The notes: a model not told the origin generated them from the letters alone. A stretch of 32,136 bases of DNA from a virus (IMGVR_UViG_3300016476_000090:1-32136), one strand, 5' to 3'; shown: positions 8,737 to 18,384, counted from the first letter of the stretch. A program made the numbers and translations.

Positions 8737-9507
8737 TTAACGAACACGACCCTCAGCATAAGCTTGCATAATCTCTGGTTGCAGAGCCATATACCGATCA
8801 GGGTCTTTACGCATGAGGTCTATGATTTCGGAGCGTCTGTAAATCTTTCGACTCACAGGTTCCGCAGAACCCTTCACGCTTCCTGTTGAAGCTTGTTTCA
8901 ATTGTTGTTTCCTATCAGCCTTCTGGGTTTCAACTGTGGATTTAACCAAAGCCTGACGCTCCTTCCACGAACTGAACAGCTCGTCAGCAGCATCAAAGTC
9001 AAAACGCTGGTCAGCCCTCGACAAAAGCTCGCTTCTCACTTTGCTCTTCTCAACCCACTCCTTGAAACTCTCGTCACCGAGAATGTCTTGGTAGTCAGGA
9101 TGAGCAGTTTGCAGTTGTTGCAAAGCAGTTTGCCTTGCAAGCTCTGCGCTCATGCGTTCAGCTTCTTTAATCTTGGGATGCTTAGAAACAGCAACCTCTA
9201 CAGCCTTCTTGGGGTCACTGAAGAAATCTACTTCTTCCTCCGTTGGGGCTTCTTTCGAGATGGTCTGAGCTTTAATGAAGTCATCCACTACTCGTCTGAG
9301 TTCTCCTACTTCCTTGCTGTGTCTGCCCATCAGCTTCTCAGCCTCTTGGTGCATACGAATCAAGTCTTTCGGACTCTTTCCTTTGTAGCGATCAGGAATC
9401 TCCTCTTCTACTTCTGTCTGTTCAGGGGTAACTTGTTCAGTCTCCTGATCCTCCAGAGTGTCTGTGGGTTCTTGGTCTTCTACGCTCTCATCAATAAATT
9501 GTGCCAT
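8737..9507 (-). CDS. Capsid scaffolding protein
   Basis: 256 aa; acidic N-terminus, IPDRYKGKS, EVGELR, C-terminal IMQAYAEGRV; directly upstream of the capsid gene. Confidence 0.8.
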   Translation of the reverse strand: MAQFIDESVEDQEPTDTLEDQETEQVTPEQTEVEEEIPDRYKGKSPKDLIRMHQEAEKLMGRHSKEVGELRRVVDDFIKAQTISKEAPTEEEVDFFSDPKKAVEVAVSKHPKIKEAERMSAELARQTALQQLQTAHPDYQDILGDESFKEWVEKSKVRSELLSRADQRFDFDAADELFSSWKERQALVKSTVETQKADRKQQLKQASTGSVKGSAEPVSRKIYRRSEIIDLMRKDPDRYMALQPEIMQAYAEGRVR

Positions 9508-9558
9508 ATAGTCTCCGTGCTATCGTTAGCATTATGGAAGTTAACTAGAACATTGGCG

Positions 9559-9574
9559 GTAACTAGATAGTTAC
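9559..9574. promoter_or_regulatory. GTAACT-N4-AGTTAC palindrome, perfect copy
   Basis: GTAACT AGAT AGTTAC; overlaps the stop of 9571..9804, upstream of scaffold and capsid. Confidence 0.8.
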
Positions 9575-9804
9575 TCGCTGTTCCTCTTTTGCTCTTGAGC
9601 CATCTTCTCCCTATGTTTCTTTTCCCATTTCATTGCTGCCCCAGGAAAAGAGCCTGACCATCCTTCTAGCTTAACATTGGGAGCACTGACTGCTCTCTGA
9701 GCCTTTAAGTCACATTGGGGACACTGTATCTCCTCTGTTTGATTTGATACGAATTGTTCACTTCTGTGACCATTTGGGCAAATAAAATCAAACACTCTCA
9801 GCAT
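9571..9804 (-). CDS. Zinc-ribbon protein (FmdB-like)
   Basis: 77 aa from ATG 9804; FDFICPNGH and CPQC followed by VSAP. Confidence 0.7.
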   Translation of the reverse strand: MLRVFDFICPNGHRSEQFVSNQTEEIQCPQCDLKAQRAVSAPNVKLEGWSGSFPGAAMKWEKKHREKMAQEQKRNSE

Positions 9805-10027
9805 TTTGCATCTCCTCATAAGCAGCTGTTATGCCCTCACGATAAGCCAACATACGCTGAAGTATCTCTACTTGCCCCTTCTGTCGCCAGAAGGTTTCAC
9901 TATCTGTAATGTTCTGTAGAGTGTTTAGACCATCAAAGGCTTCTTGAAGGTCTTTCTCAAACATTTTCCACCCAGAAGTAGTGAAAGTTTCTAGCAAAGA
10001 TTCATAATATTCGGTTAAGTTGTCCAA
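9788..10027 (-). CDS. Hypothetical protein, head morphogenesis region
   Basis: 79 aa, TTG start with AGGAG RBS, just downstream of a promoter. Confidence 0.7.
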   Translation of the reverse strand: MDNLTEYYESLLETFTTSGWKMFEKDLQEAFDGLNTLQNITDSETFWRQKGQVEILQRMLAYREGITAAYEEMQNAESV

Positions 10028-10060
10028 GCATTTCTCCTTTTAGGATGCCATTATGACTAT

Positions 10061-10089
10061 ATTGTATCATAATTTTCTAGTTTTGTCAA
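10061..10089 (-). promoter_or_regulatory. sigma70-type promoter for scaffold/capsid operon
   Basis: Minus strand TTGACA-17 nt-TACAAT with a TG extended -10. Confidence 0.85.
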
Positions 10090-10092
10090 GTA

Positions 10093-12143
10093 TTAGTTGA
10101 AAAATAGTAAAAAGTTTCCATAGACAATAGAAGATGGAGGAGGTGCAACAACAGTACCATTGATGTAGCTTACATTCAAATACTCCATTGTTCCGTCCGA
10201 GGAAACAAAAGATAAGTTGGTGTTATTTCCGCTATCGGTAGACAACAAGCCCATTTGCCAAGCCGTTGATTTTTGAAGGGTGGCTTGTGTGGTGTTTGTG
10301 CTGCTCAATGTAAGCAAGTTGGCAACAGCCCCGCTAATAGTGAAACTGTCAAAGATGTTGGTAGTTCCGCCAGCGAACAAAATAGAACCAATGGCAGTGT
10401 TTGTCAGGCCTTTAAACTTGTTGGAGCCTGTGACCGTCAGTGCGCCTGTTCCGCCTTGGTTTAGGGTGGGGTAGGTTTGGATGCCGCCACCAGCAAAAGT
10501 CTTGGCAGATGCAGATGTGAGGCTGATTGTGCCTGTGCCTGTAACTGTAAGATTTGTGGATGCGGCGAAGTTCCAAGGCGTTCCGCTTCCATTTAAAGTC
10601 CAGGTTCCAGAACCAATAGTTACTGTTTTTGTTGCTGTACCAGAAGTTGAAAATGAAGGAACTGTTACATTGTAAATATCGGCATTAAAGTGCCAGAAAA
10701 AATTGTCGGTCCTGGTGCAGAAAAAGCGTCTTGTAAATTAATAGACCCGCTTGGACTATTGAAAGCAAAACCTTGGGTAAATGTTTTCCCAGCACTTGTA
10801 ATCGTTTGACTAGTGCGACCAGCAAAGGTCAGAGTTCCTGTACCCGTCAGCGCAGTGCCTGTTCCGTTAATCCAGTTGCCGTAGATTGCGAGCGAATTCG
10901 TGCCAGTTGCCAGCGTCATCGTGTTGCTGGTACGGGCGCTCATGTCGATAGTGCCGATGTTGTAGGCAGCGTTGATGGTGATTGTTTGACCTGATGTTGG
11001 CTCTGTAGAAGTAAAAACTGCAGTGTCTTGCGCCAATGGAAAATTGTTTCCACTTACTGCACCGCCAGGAGACAAAGCCCAAATTACCAAGTTGTTCCAT
11101 GACACGCCGTTTGCAGCGTTGTAGTAAACCATCTTCGGCGCATCAAACGCAATCCCACTGTTACCCTTGCAGTCACCCAAACGAGTGCCAGATACAGGAG
11201 CAGCAGAACCAGCAATTGTGATGTCACGGAAGTCAATGTCAGTTGCAGTTGCAGCAGAACAGGTTAGTGTTCGTGTTGTGCCAATGGTGTCTGAACGCAA
11301 AAATGTACGCATTGTGGCGTTTGTGCCAGCCGAAAGCGTTAAAGTGCCATTGATGGTTTGGTTGGCGCTAAATGAAATATCTGTAACACCCGCAGTTGAT
11401 CGACCAGCAATAGTTAAATTATTAAAAGTATTAGCACCACTCATAGACAATGTTGATCTTGTAGTGGATGAAAATGAAACATTGTAATAAGTCAATCCAC
11501 CGCCAACAAACAGAGTTGCTATTCCTGTAAAATTGATTGTTGAAGTTCCAGCATTAAATGTTAAATTATTTGTTGAACTAATATTCCAAGGAGTGCCGCT
11601 ATTAGCGGTTACAGTCCATGTGCTACTTCCTAAATTAATTGTACGAGTTGGTGCATTATTAACTACAACAGTTGAGCATGAAATGTTGTAATTATTTGTG
11701 GTCAATGATCCAGTAACATTAAACGCACCAGACATAGTAATAGCATCATTTAAAGTTATTGATGCGCCACCGATAATGCTAATTGCAGTAAATGTTTTTC
11801 CAGCACTTGTTATTGATCCTGTGCCTGTAAAACTTATGGCGTTAACGCTAACATGACTAAATGTCATTGATGAGTTAAGAATTAAACTGCCAGCAATAGT
11901 TAAAAAAGGACTTCCACTAGAAGGGATGCTAAATGTATTGGCAAAACCAGTGAAATCTAATGTATTTGCGGATACAGACCCACTAACTGTAATAGTGCCT
12001 CCACCAGAACTTCCATTAATAAACACATTGTCTGATGAAGTTGGAACAGAAGCACCACCAGTGCCACCTGAAGTGGTAGACCAATTTGTTGTATTGGTGG
12101 TATTCCAAGTGCCTGTGCCGCCAACCCAGTAGCGATTAGCCAT
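10093..12143 (-). CDS. Thr/Gly/Ser-rich fibre/spike-like protein, interrupted by a one-base frameshift near 10688
   Basis: ORF 10665..12143 continues in the -1 frame as NADIYNVTVPSFSTSGTATKTVTIGSGTWTL... without a stop into ORF 10093..10380; fused length about 683 aa. Confidence 0.75.
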
Positions 12144-12357
12144 TGTCGCTCACCTTAGCGTAACGAACACCATCAATCTCAATGTATTCTTGCTCAGGTT
12201 CTTCAACAGGAGGAGCAGACACCACAGCAATCCAAGCATCTCTGCGTTGCTCTTTCATGGCTTGCAGTTGCTCTTCACTCAGTCCGTGATCGTCAGGCAA
12301 ATGCAAAGCATCACGAAACAAGCCATGTTCAGTTTGAAATTCAAAATCAATCTTCAT
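12136..12357 (-). CDS. Small hypothetical protein in the fibre cassette
   Basis: 73 aa from ATG 12357 (MKIDFEFQTEHGLFRDALHL), 2 nt after the upstream stop. Confidence 0.65.
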   Translation of the reverse strand: MKIDFEFQTEHGLFRDALHLPDDHGLSEEQLQAMKEQRRDAWIAVVSAPPVEEPEQEYIEIDGVRYAKVSDNG

Positions 12358-12359
12358 AT

Positions 12360-13679
12360 TTATGCCTGTGTAATAACAGCGATTACATCCCAAAACACAT
12401 CGGTTGAGTTATACACACAACCAACATAAGTTATCTTAGAAGCAGTTGTAGCCGTTGGAAGTGTTACACCAACAGCCCTGAAAGCACCGCTTGAAGTTGT
12501 CCAAGTGATGCCACGAGAACTTCCGTTGTCTTCAATGCGAATCATCAAACGCTGACCATTTACAGGAGTTCCACTAGGCGTTAAGAAGGTGATTGCTCCA
12601 GTTAAACCAAAACAATCAAAGACATCACTTGTATCGCCATTAGCTGTGAAGTTGCCTGAAGTTGCGCCTGGGGTTGTAACTCTCGGATTAATTCGCTTAT
12701 TTGTCAGCGTCTGTGTGTCTGTCGTACCAACAATAGTCCCACTCGGGCCAGTCATTGTTGCAGCAGTTCCAAGACCAAGGCTTGTTCGACCAGTGGTAGC
12801 ATTAAGACCAGTTGCTCCGCCATCCCACTTCAAACGATCTGTATAAGCATCGTTCCAATTGCTAATGTTCGTAGTGCTAATAGCTTTAACATGACTAGGA
12901 ACAGTAGGATCGCTCTCTGTTGTAAGATACCCAGCAGAAGCATGATTGCCCCAGCCATATGCTGCATCCCAGTTTGTCTGACTAGCTGTAGTAGGAATGC
13001 TATAGCCACTCTGCAAAGAAATTGCAATAGTGCCAGAAGTGGTAATAGGAGAGCCTGAAACAGACAAGCCAGTGGGAACAGACAAGTCCACAGAAGTAAC
13101 ACTTCCTGTACCAGCAGACACATTAACAGTTACTTCATCGCCAGTAGCAGAAGCTGTAACTGCTGCCCCAACAAAGTTAATCTTGGTAGCACCAGAGGTG
13201 AGGGTAACCCCTTCATCGCTAATGGTTAGAGCACTACCTCCACCACCATCAATGGTTTGCTTGAGCGTTGCATAAATCTCAGAAGCTTTCTCAGGGGCAA
13301 GAACACCAGCATCAATCTCTGTGCCGTTAGACAACACCATAACAAGGTGTCCATCAAAGTCCAGACGAGCATCAACAACAGACACACCATCTTGTCCGTC
13401 TTGTCCGTCTTTCCCATCCTTGCCATCCTTGCCGTCACGACCAGCAGGCCCAGGAAGTCCAGGGTCGCCCTTCTCTCCTTTGTCTCCCTTCTCAGGAGGA
13501 ATGGAGCGAACAACTTCCATCTGAGCCTTCACATCCTCTTTGAACTTCTTGAAGGCAGAAACCACCAAGTCAATTGCTTGCATGGTGCTCTGCTGAGCTT
13601 TAGCTTGCTTCTGTTCTACCTTGCTTTCCAGCTCAGAAGCAAGTTTACGAACAGCTTGTAGTTTCTTAATATCGTCCAT
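12360..13679 (-). CDS. Collagen-repeat fibre-like structural protein
   Basis: 439 aa; N-terminal coiled coil, Gly-X-Y run GDKGEKGDPGLPGPAGRDGKDGKDGKDGQDGQDG, AYGWGNHASAGY and QTLTNK fibre motifs. Confidence 0.7.
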   Translation of the reverse strand: MDDIKKLQAVRKLASELESKVEQKQAKAQQSTMQAIDLVVSAFKKFKEDVKAQMEVVRSIPPEKGDKGEKGDPGLPGPAGRDGKDGKDGKDGQDGQDGVSVVDARLDFDGHLVMVLSNGTEIDAGVLAPEKASEIYATLKQTIDGGGGSALTISDEGVTLTSGATKINFVGAAVTASATGDEVTVNVSAGTGSVTSVDLSVPTGLSVSGSPITTSGTIAISLQSGYSIPTTASQTNWDAAYGWGNHASAGYLTTESDPTVPSHVKAISTTNISNWNDAYTDRLKWDGGATGLNATTGRTSLGLGTAATMTGPSGTIVGTTDTQTLTNKRINPRVTTPGATSGNFTANGDTSDVFDCFGLTGAITFLTPSGTPVNGQRLMIRIEDNGSSRGITWTTSSGAFRAVGVTLPTATTASKITYVGCVYNSTDVFWDVIAVITQA

Positions 13680-15691
13680 TATTCACCCAACTTCTTAGCG
13701 AGGTCTTCCAACACAGCGTCATTCACTCCTTGGCTTTCTTGCATCTGCTGAGACACAATGGCTTCCTTAGAGGCAATCTCACGCTCTTTCAGCACCAGCT
13801 CAGCCACCTTAGCTCTGCGTTCAAACTCTTTATCATCCTGCTCCCCAGGTTTAATGTTAGCAGAGATGGCTCTAATGCGGTCATTCTCCAACCGAACAGG
13901 AACAGCCTGAGCTTCTGTGGTATACTTAGCAGCTCTTGCTTGGCTCTCAGCAGCTTGTGCTTGCAACAAAGCAATCTGAGCCTCAGCAGTGGCAATCTTC
14001 ATTTGGATGTCCATCTGCATAAGCTGCTGCTGTTGCGGATCAGGCTGTTGTGCTTGCTTGATTTGCTCCAAGAAGCTCTCTCTGTTAGAAATGCTCATGT
14101 TGTCAATGACAGCTTGTACCAACAAGGGGTACAAAGGGCTCTCATTGCTCAGCGTTTGAAGGAGCTGAACAAGCTGAGTCACCTCATATTCACGAGCAAT
14201 AACACCCAATGTGCTAGAAGCTACAAACTTGAAGTCCTGAGCAGGGAATCTGTCAGGATCATACTGCATATATCTCCAAGCAACCTTGCTAACCATAGGC
14301 AACAAGAAGGTTTCTTGGAAGTTAATCAGAGTTCTCTTGTGTCTCTTGATGATTGCACCCAAAGACATGGAAACAGCCCCAGCAGCAGCCTCTCCATTCA
14401 CTCCACCAGTGATGCCACCAGCGTCAATAGCACCAGTAGCCATCTGAACCATCTTCTGGAGCTCACCAGCCTGTGCAAAAGTGATGTTATCAATGCTACC
14501 AAACTTGAAAGGTTGAAGGATTTCAGCAGGATTGCCTGTGGTGATGATGGTTTTTCCAGGTCTAATCTCAAACTTAGAGCCTCTGGGCATACGAGAACCA
14601 TCAATAGCCATCATTGGGTGGACAGTGAGAGCCAATCCATCAATACGAGCCCTCAATTCAGCGTCCAAAGCCTTCTGGCTGTTGTAGCCTTTCTCACAAA
14701 TGCCTCTTCCCCAGAAGCGACCAGGGACAACATCCCATGCAAAAGCCACCAGAGGGCGGTCTTGCATCATGTAGGGGTTCTCTTCAGCCTTCAAACACAC
14801 ACCACCATTGCCAATAACAACAATAGCCTCTGTGTATTCTGGCTCTTCCTCGTCTTCCTTCTCGTCTTCCTTGCTGCCTTCAGGCTTGTCCTCATAAGTG
14901 CCCATGTGCTTCTTCAGCAAATCAGTGGGAACAAGGCCATACCATTTAGTAACTCTTACCTTATCGTCTTGATAGAGCACCAAGTCTTGATCAGGCTCTA
15001 GGTCTTGGTCAGGGGCAGCACTGTCAATGTCAACATCTTTATAAACTCCCTGCTCTTGCAGGATTTCTACTTGATGCTTAGGAACAAATTCATCAATAGC
15101 AACGCCTAAAGCCTCTTCAATGGAGGAAGCATTGGGGTCAATGAGGAAGTTCTGAGGCAAAACAGGACGAACCTTCACTGCTGTGCGAGGAGAAACCATA
15201 ACACCAACAGCCAAAGCAGCCCCATCAAGGATGGGCTGAGTAGCTGGTTTAACATCATTCACCTCTTCCAGCACCAATTCCCCACAGCCAGTGCCATAAA
15301 CAGCAGCATTGATGAGGATTTCAGAGATAGCTCGTCTAACCTTAGTGAACTGAAACTCTTCTTCAAGTAACTTCCTAGTTACCTCAATGTCTAGGTTCTG
15401 AGCATCACGAGCATCGTCCTTGATGTCAAACCATTTACCCCTACCAAAGGTGGCTTCTTCAACCTCAGCAACAGCACTCTCCACTGCTTGCTGAAGGGCA
15501 GGGCTAATAATCTTACTTCTTTCACTTTCTCTGGTGCGATCAGCAGCATCCCACTGTCCACGCCACAAGCGATAATACTCTTCAAAGCGTTCCTTGTAGT
15601 TGCCTTCGTAATGGTCACGCCACTTCTCGACCTTCTCCATCACCCAACCAGCAAGGGCATCTTCCTTATAGGTTTCTTCTTCAAAGCTCAT
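13679..15691 (-). CDS. Portal protein
   Basis: 670 aa directly after terL; NAAVYGTG, FWGRGICEK, Gln-rich helical C-terminal barrel. Confidence 0.88.
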   Translation of the reverse strand: MSFEEETYKEDALAGWVMEKVEKWRDHYEGNYKERFEEYYRLWRGQWDAADRTRESERSKIISPALQQAVESAVAEVEEATFGRGKWFDIKDDARDAQNLDIEVTRKLLEEEFQFTKVRRAISEILINAAVYGTGCGELVLEEVNDVKPATQPILDGAALAVGVMVSPRTAVKVRPVLPQNFLIDPNASSIEEALGVAIDEFVPKHQVEILQEQGVYKDVDIDSAAPDQDLEPDQDLVLYQDDKVRVTKWYGLVPTDLLKKHMGTYEDKPEGSKEDEKEDEEEPEYTEAIVVIGNGGVCLKAEENPYMMQDRPLVAFAWDVVPGRFWGRGICEKGYNSQKALDAELRARIDGLALTVHPMMAIDGSRMPRGSKFEIRPGKTIITTGNPAEILQPFKFGSIDNITFAQAGELQKMVQMATGAIDAGGITGGVNGEAAAGAVSMSLGAIIKRHKRTLINFQETFLLPMVSKVAWRYMQYDPDRFPAQDFKFVASSTLGVIAREYEVTQLVQLLQTLSNESPLYPLLVQAVIDNMSISNRESFLEQIKQAQQPDPQQQQLMQMDIQMKIATAEAQIALLQAQAAESQARAAKYTTEAQAVPVRLENDRIRAISANIKPGEQDDKEFERRAKVAELVLKEREIASKEAIVSQQMQESQGVNDAVLEDLAKKLGE
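15367..15382. promoter_or_regulatory. GTAACT-N4-AGTTAC palindrome, perfect copy inside the portal gene
   Basis: GTAACT TCCT AGTTAC. Confidence 0.7.
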
Positions 15692-15700
15692 CGCTTCTCC

Positions 15701-16951
15701 TTAGTAGCCGCTAATAGCGTCCATTGGTTCATAATCGTCTTCTTCCCAGTCAAGGGCATAACTCTGTTTGTTAAGCTGCTCAATGTAGCTCAACGAGTCA
15801 ATCAAGTCATCATGCACAAGATGGTTTGGAAACTGGAAGAGCTCATCCAAGAACTCCATGTTCCACTTGCCCTTGTTAAGAACAATTGTCCCATGTTCAA
15901 AGCGTCCCTGTAAAGCCCAAACAATCCTATCTGTCTTCTTCTTATTACCATGTGAAAGCTCTTCCACTCTAAAGAATGTCTGTCTTCTTCTCATTAGGTC
16001 GGACAAGTAGGGCATCACAGCTTGCTTAGCAATTCCCTTCTCAATGCCTACACTCACAGGCTCATACTTCTGCACAGCATTGAAAATCTTCTGAGCTGTC
16101 TCCTCGACTCCCCATCTGCCATAGATGATTTCTTTAACATACCAACCATCTTCATTACATTTTACCACAGAAATGGCACTGTTGTCAAGCTTCTTACTTT
16201 TACTCGCCTTGCTCTCATCAGCAAAACCAGCTAAGTCAATGGCAATGTAATAGTCTCCCTTGTCAGGTTCTTCTTCGTCTATAACAATCCATTCCTCTTT
16301 AAACAGCTCCCCTCCTTGTGCTTCAAAGGAAGCCATGAATTCCTGTCTGAAAGCAAAGCTGCTCATGCTCTTCTTAGCAGCTTCAATCTCTTGAGGATCA
16401 ATTAGGGGGTTGTCGTAGCTTGTGAAATGCCAACCCTTAAAGGTTTCATCCTCTCCACTTAGAGCGTGTTGATAGAGCTCATAGAAGTGGTTCCTGCCCA
16501 TTGGGGTTCCAATGAACAAAGCACAGCCCTTCTGGTCAGCTAAGGCTGGTCTGAGAATCTGCTCCCAAACCTCTGGCTTCATGTCTGCATACTCGTCCAT
16601 AACCAAAAACTTCAAGGACACTCCTCGCATTGTCTCTGGTCTGTCAGCCCCTTTAAGGCTGATGGTGGCTCCGTTAATCAGCTTAATCTGTAAGTTGTTA
16701 ACATGGCTCCCAGAGATGACAGGATGTCCAACCTCCAAGAGCGTCTGCCACATAATGTCCCTTGCCTGTCCCTGTGTGGGAGCAACATAGAACACATGAC
16801 CCTTCTCTGTCTGCAAGGCATAGAACAACAAGAGGTAAGCAGCTAAACGGCTCTTGCCTGTTCTTCGCCCAGCAGCCACCACTTTAAAGCGTGTCTTGTC
16901 TTCCCATACAGTCTGCTGCCAAGGTAGGAGCTTAATGTTAAGATTGCTCAT
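15701..16951 (-). CDS. terL: Terminase large subunit
   Basis: Walker A AGRRTGKS, Walker B LVMDEYA, FIGTPMG, nuclease IDLAG and HDDLIDS. Confidence 0.95.
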   Translation of the reverse strand: MSNLNIKLLPWQQTVWEDKTRFKVVAAGRRTGKSRLAAYLLLFYALQTEKGHVFYVAPTQGQARDIMWQTLLEVGHPVISGSHVNNLQIKLINGATISLKGADRPETMRGVSLKFLVMDEYADMKPEVWEQILRPALADQKGCALFIGTPMGRNHFYELYQHALSGEDETFKGWHFTSYDNPLIDPQEIEAAKKSMSSFAFRQEFMASFEAQGGELFKEEWIVIDEEEPDKGDYYIAIDLAGFADESKASKSKKLDNSAISVVKCNEDGWYVKEIIYGRWGVEETAQKIFNAVQKYEPVSVGIEKGIAKQAVMPYLSDLMRRRQTFFRVEELSHGNKKKTDRIVWALQGRFEHGTIVLNKGKWNMEFLDELFQFPNHLVHDDLIDSLSYIEQLNKQSYALDWEEDDYEPMDAISGY

Positions 16952-17379
16952 AAGTCCTTAAAAGTAATGTCCTCAGCTTCATCTGAGGCTTCCCCTATCA
17001 CTGTAGTTTCTCCGTTAACGCCTGTAATGGTGATGTTAACACTAGCCCTACCAGCAGCAGAATTGCTTTTCTCAAAATAGCTCAAAGGCAACATCCTGTC
17101 CATAATGAGCTTCCATGCAGCACTCTGGTTCTTATGAGCATCATCTAGAGCTGCCTCATAAATCTTCTCTAACACCTTAGCACTCTTAGGACTTGCCAGC
17201 ATCCTTGAACGATATTCATTGATGATGGCTTGATCGCCCTTCGGACGGCCTACAGCGTTCCTGTTGCCAGCCTTCTTAGCAGCAACATCGGCCTTACGAG
17301 GCCTCCCTCGTTTCGCCTTCGGCTTATCGCCTAACGGCTCAGGGTTTAACAAAACTTCTGTAAGTAACTCTTGAGTCAT
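16948..17379 (-). CDS. terS: Probable terminase small subunit
   Basis: 143 aa directly upstream of terL with ATGA overlap; KRGRPRK and GRPKG DNA-binding motifs. Confidence 0.7.
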   Translation of the reverse strand: MTQELLTEVLLNPEPLGDKPKAKRGRPRKADVAAKKAGNRNAVGRPKGDQAIINEYRSRMLASPKSAKVLEKIYEAALDDAHKNQSAAWKLIMDRMLPLSYFEKSNSAAGRASVNITITGVNGETTVIGEASDEAEDITFKDL

Positions 17380-17524
17380 CTATGTCCTTATTCTCTTATA
17401 ACTGTCTAAGCACTAGTTATAAGTAAGAAGAAATGCTTAAGCAATAACAACTCAAGCATTATAACAAAAAATAACAGCTTCCTTAGTGCTGTCTTATGTC
17501 ATCCTGAGTGACATATATGTATAT

Positions 17525-17553
17525 AGTATAGCATATTTTTTCTCTTTTGTCAA
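17525..17553 (-). promoter_or_regulatory. sigma70-type promoter for the packaging/structural arm
   Basis: Minus strand TTGACA-17 nt-TATACT with a TG extended -10. Confidence 0.85.
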
Positions 17554-17607
17554 GAGCTATGTGTCTCTTTCTTTACTTTCTTAGTGCTGTCAAGCTCTCC
17601 TTTTTAG

Positions 17608-17639
17608 TTATCCACATAGTTATCCACAACTTATACACA
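17608..17639 (+). promoter_or_regulatory. Three tandem DnaA-box consensus sites
   Basis: TTATCCACA 17608-17616, TTATCCACA 17620-17628, TTATACACA 17631-17639. Confidence 0.7.
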
Positions 17640-18015
17640 TTTCCCTTAAGAATCAAGAGCTTATCTGTCCAGCTTTAATGACCTTTTGGTTATTAATTAT
17701 AGACCATTTTTGCTCTTTTTTGTGGCTAAGGGGCTACCGCTACTATGTTGAACTCATTTGCCACTCCCCGGGGGGTCTTTTGAGAAACAAAAGTGTTACT
17801 CCCGTGAACTTTCTGTGAACGGAGGTACTAATGTGTGGGCTTAGGAGGTAACCCCTAAAGCCCCAAGAAACCAAAGCATTACATCCATGCACTACAATGA
17901 AAACCGGAGGACTACTGTCCGACAACATAGGGATATCCCCAATAAACAAAGTATACACACTAGGTGGTAAATGAAAACAAAGGTATCCACACAAAATAGT
18001 AGGACATTCAAATAG

Positions 18016-18031
18016 GTAACTTGCAAGTTAC
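18016..18031. promoter_or_regulatory. GTAACT-N4-AGTTAC palindrome, fully symmetric copy upstream of the first early gene
   Basis: GTAACT TGCA AGTTAC. Confidence 0.8.
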
Positions 18032-18093
18032 AAATGGTGGTAAGATACACACATCGCAAGCAATAAAGCAGGCGAGCAACACGACAGCAAGCG

Positions 18094-18109
18094 GTAACTT
18101 GCTAGTAAC
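18094..18109. promoter_or_regulatory. One-mismatch palindrome copy next to RBS
   Basis: GTAACT TGCT AGTAAC followed by TCAAGAGGAAACC-ATG. Confidence 0.7.
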
Positions 18110-18122
18110 TCAAGAGGAAACC

Positions 18123-18308
18123 ATGGATAAAACAACACTCTACAAAACGGCCAAATGGCACGCAGAGGTTGCACTCGATGGAGACTTCGTCTCTGATGGA
18201 AGGGATAACCTTATCGACACCCTGAACGATGGGGGCTTCTCTGAATTCATCGCTGATGCACTTCATGTATATGATGAGGTGGTATCTAAAGCACAAACCC
18301 TGAAGTGA
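18123..18308 (+). CDS. Early hypothetical protein
   Basis: 61 aa, acidic, from ATG 18123 with GAGG RBS. Confidence 0.7.
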   Translation: MDKTTLYKTAKWHAEVALDGDFVSDGRDNLIDTLNDGGFSEFIADALHVYDEVVSKAQTLK

Positions 18309-18368
18309 TTCAACGGTAGCGTCTCAAGGGGCGCTACAATGGACTCACTCCAAAACCTGAGCCAGCAG

Positions 18369-18384
18369 GTAACTGGCAAGTAAC
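18369..18384. promoter_or_regulatory. One-mismatch palindrome copy next to RBS
   Basis: GTAACT GGCA AGTAAC followed by CAAAGAGGAAACC-ATG. Confidence 0.7.

Noticed and set aside
10093-12143. Fibre gene as a diversity-generating retroelement target
   Set aside because: No reverse transcriptase and no template/variable repeat pair seen in the window
13386-13490. Short tandem nucleotide repeats
   Set aside because: Explained by collagen-like Gly-X-Y codons
13730-15001. 423-aa plus-strand ORF antisense to portal (also 51..686 and 8893..9570)
   Set aside because: Leu/Ser/His-rich antisense shadows of real genes
17565-17593. Second minus-strand TTGACA upstream of the late promoter
   Set aside because: No plausible -10 box at 16-18 nt spacing
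17743-17994. 83-aa minus-strand ORF in the inter-arm region
   Set aside because: No RBS, atypical composition, lies upstream of the late promoter in a likely regulatory or terminal region
18021-18046. TTGCAA...TAAGAT as the early promoter
   Set aside because: Spacer is only 14 nt; an extended -10 is possible but not supportable from sequence alone
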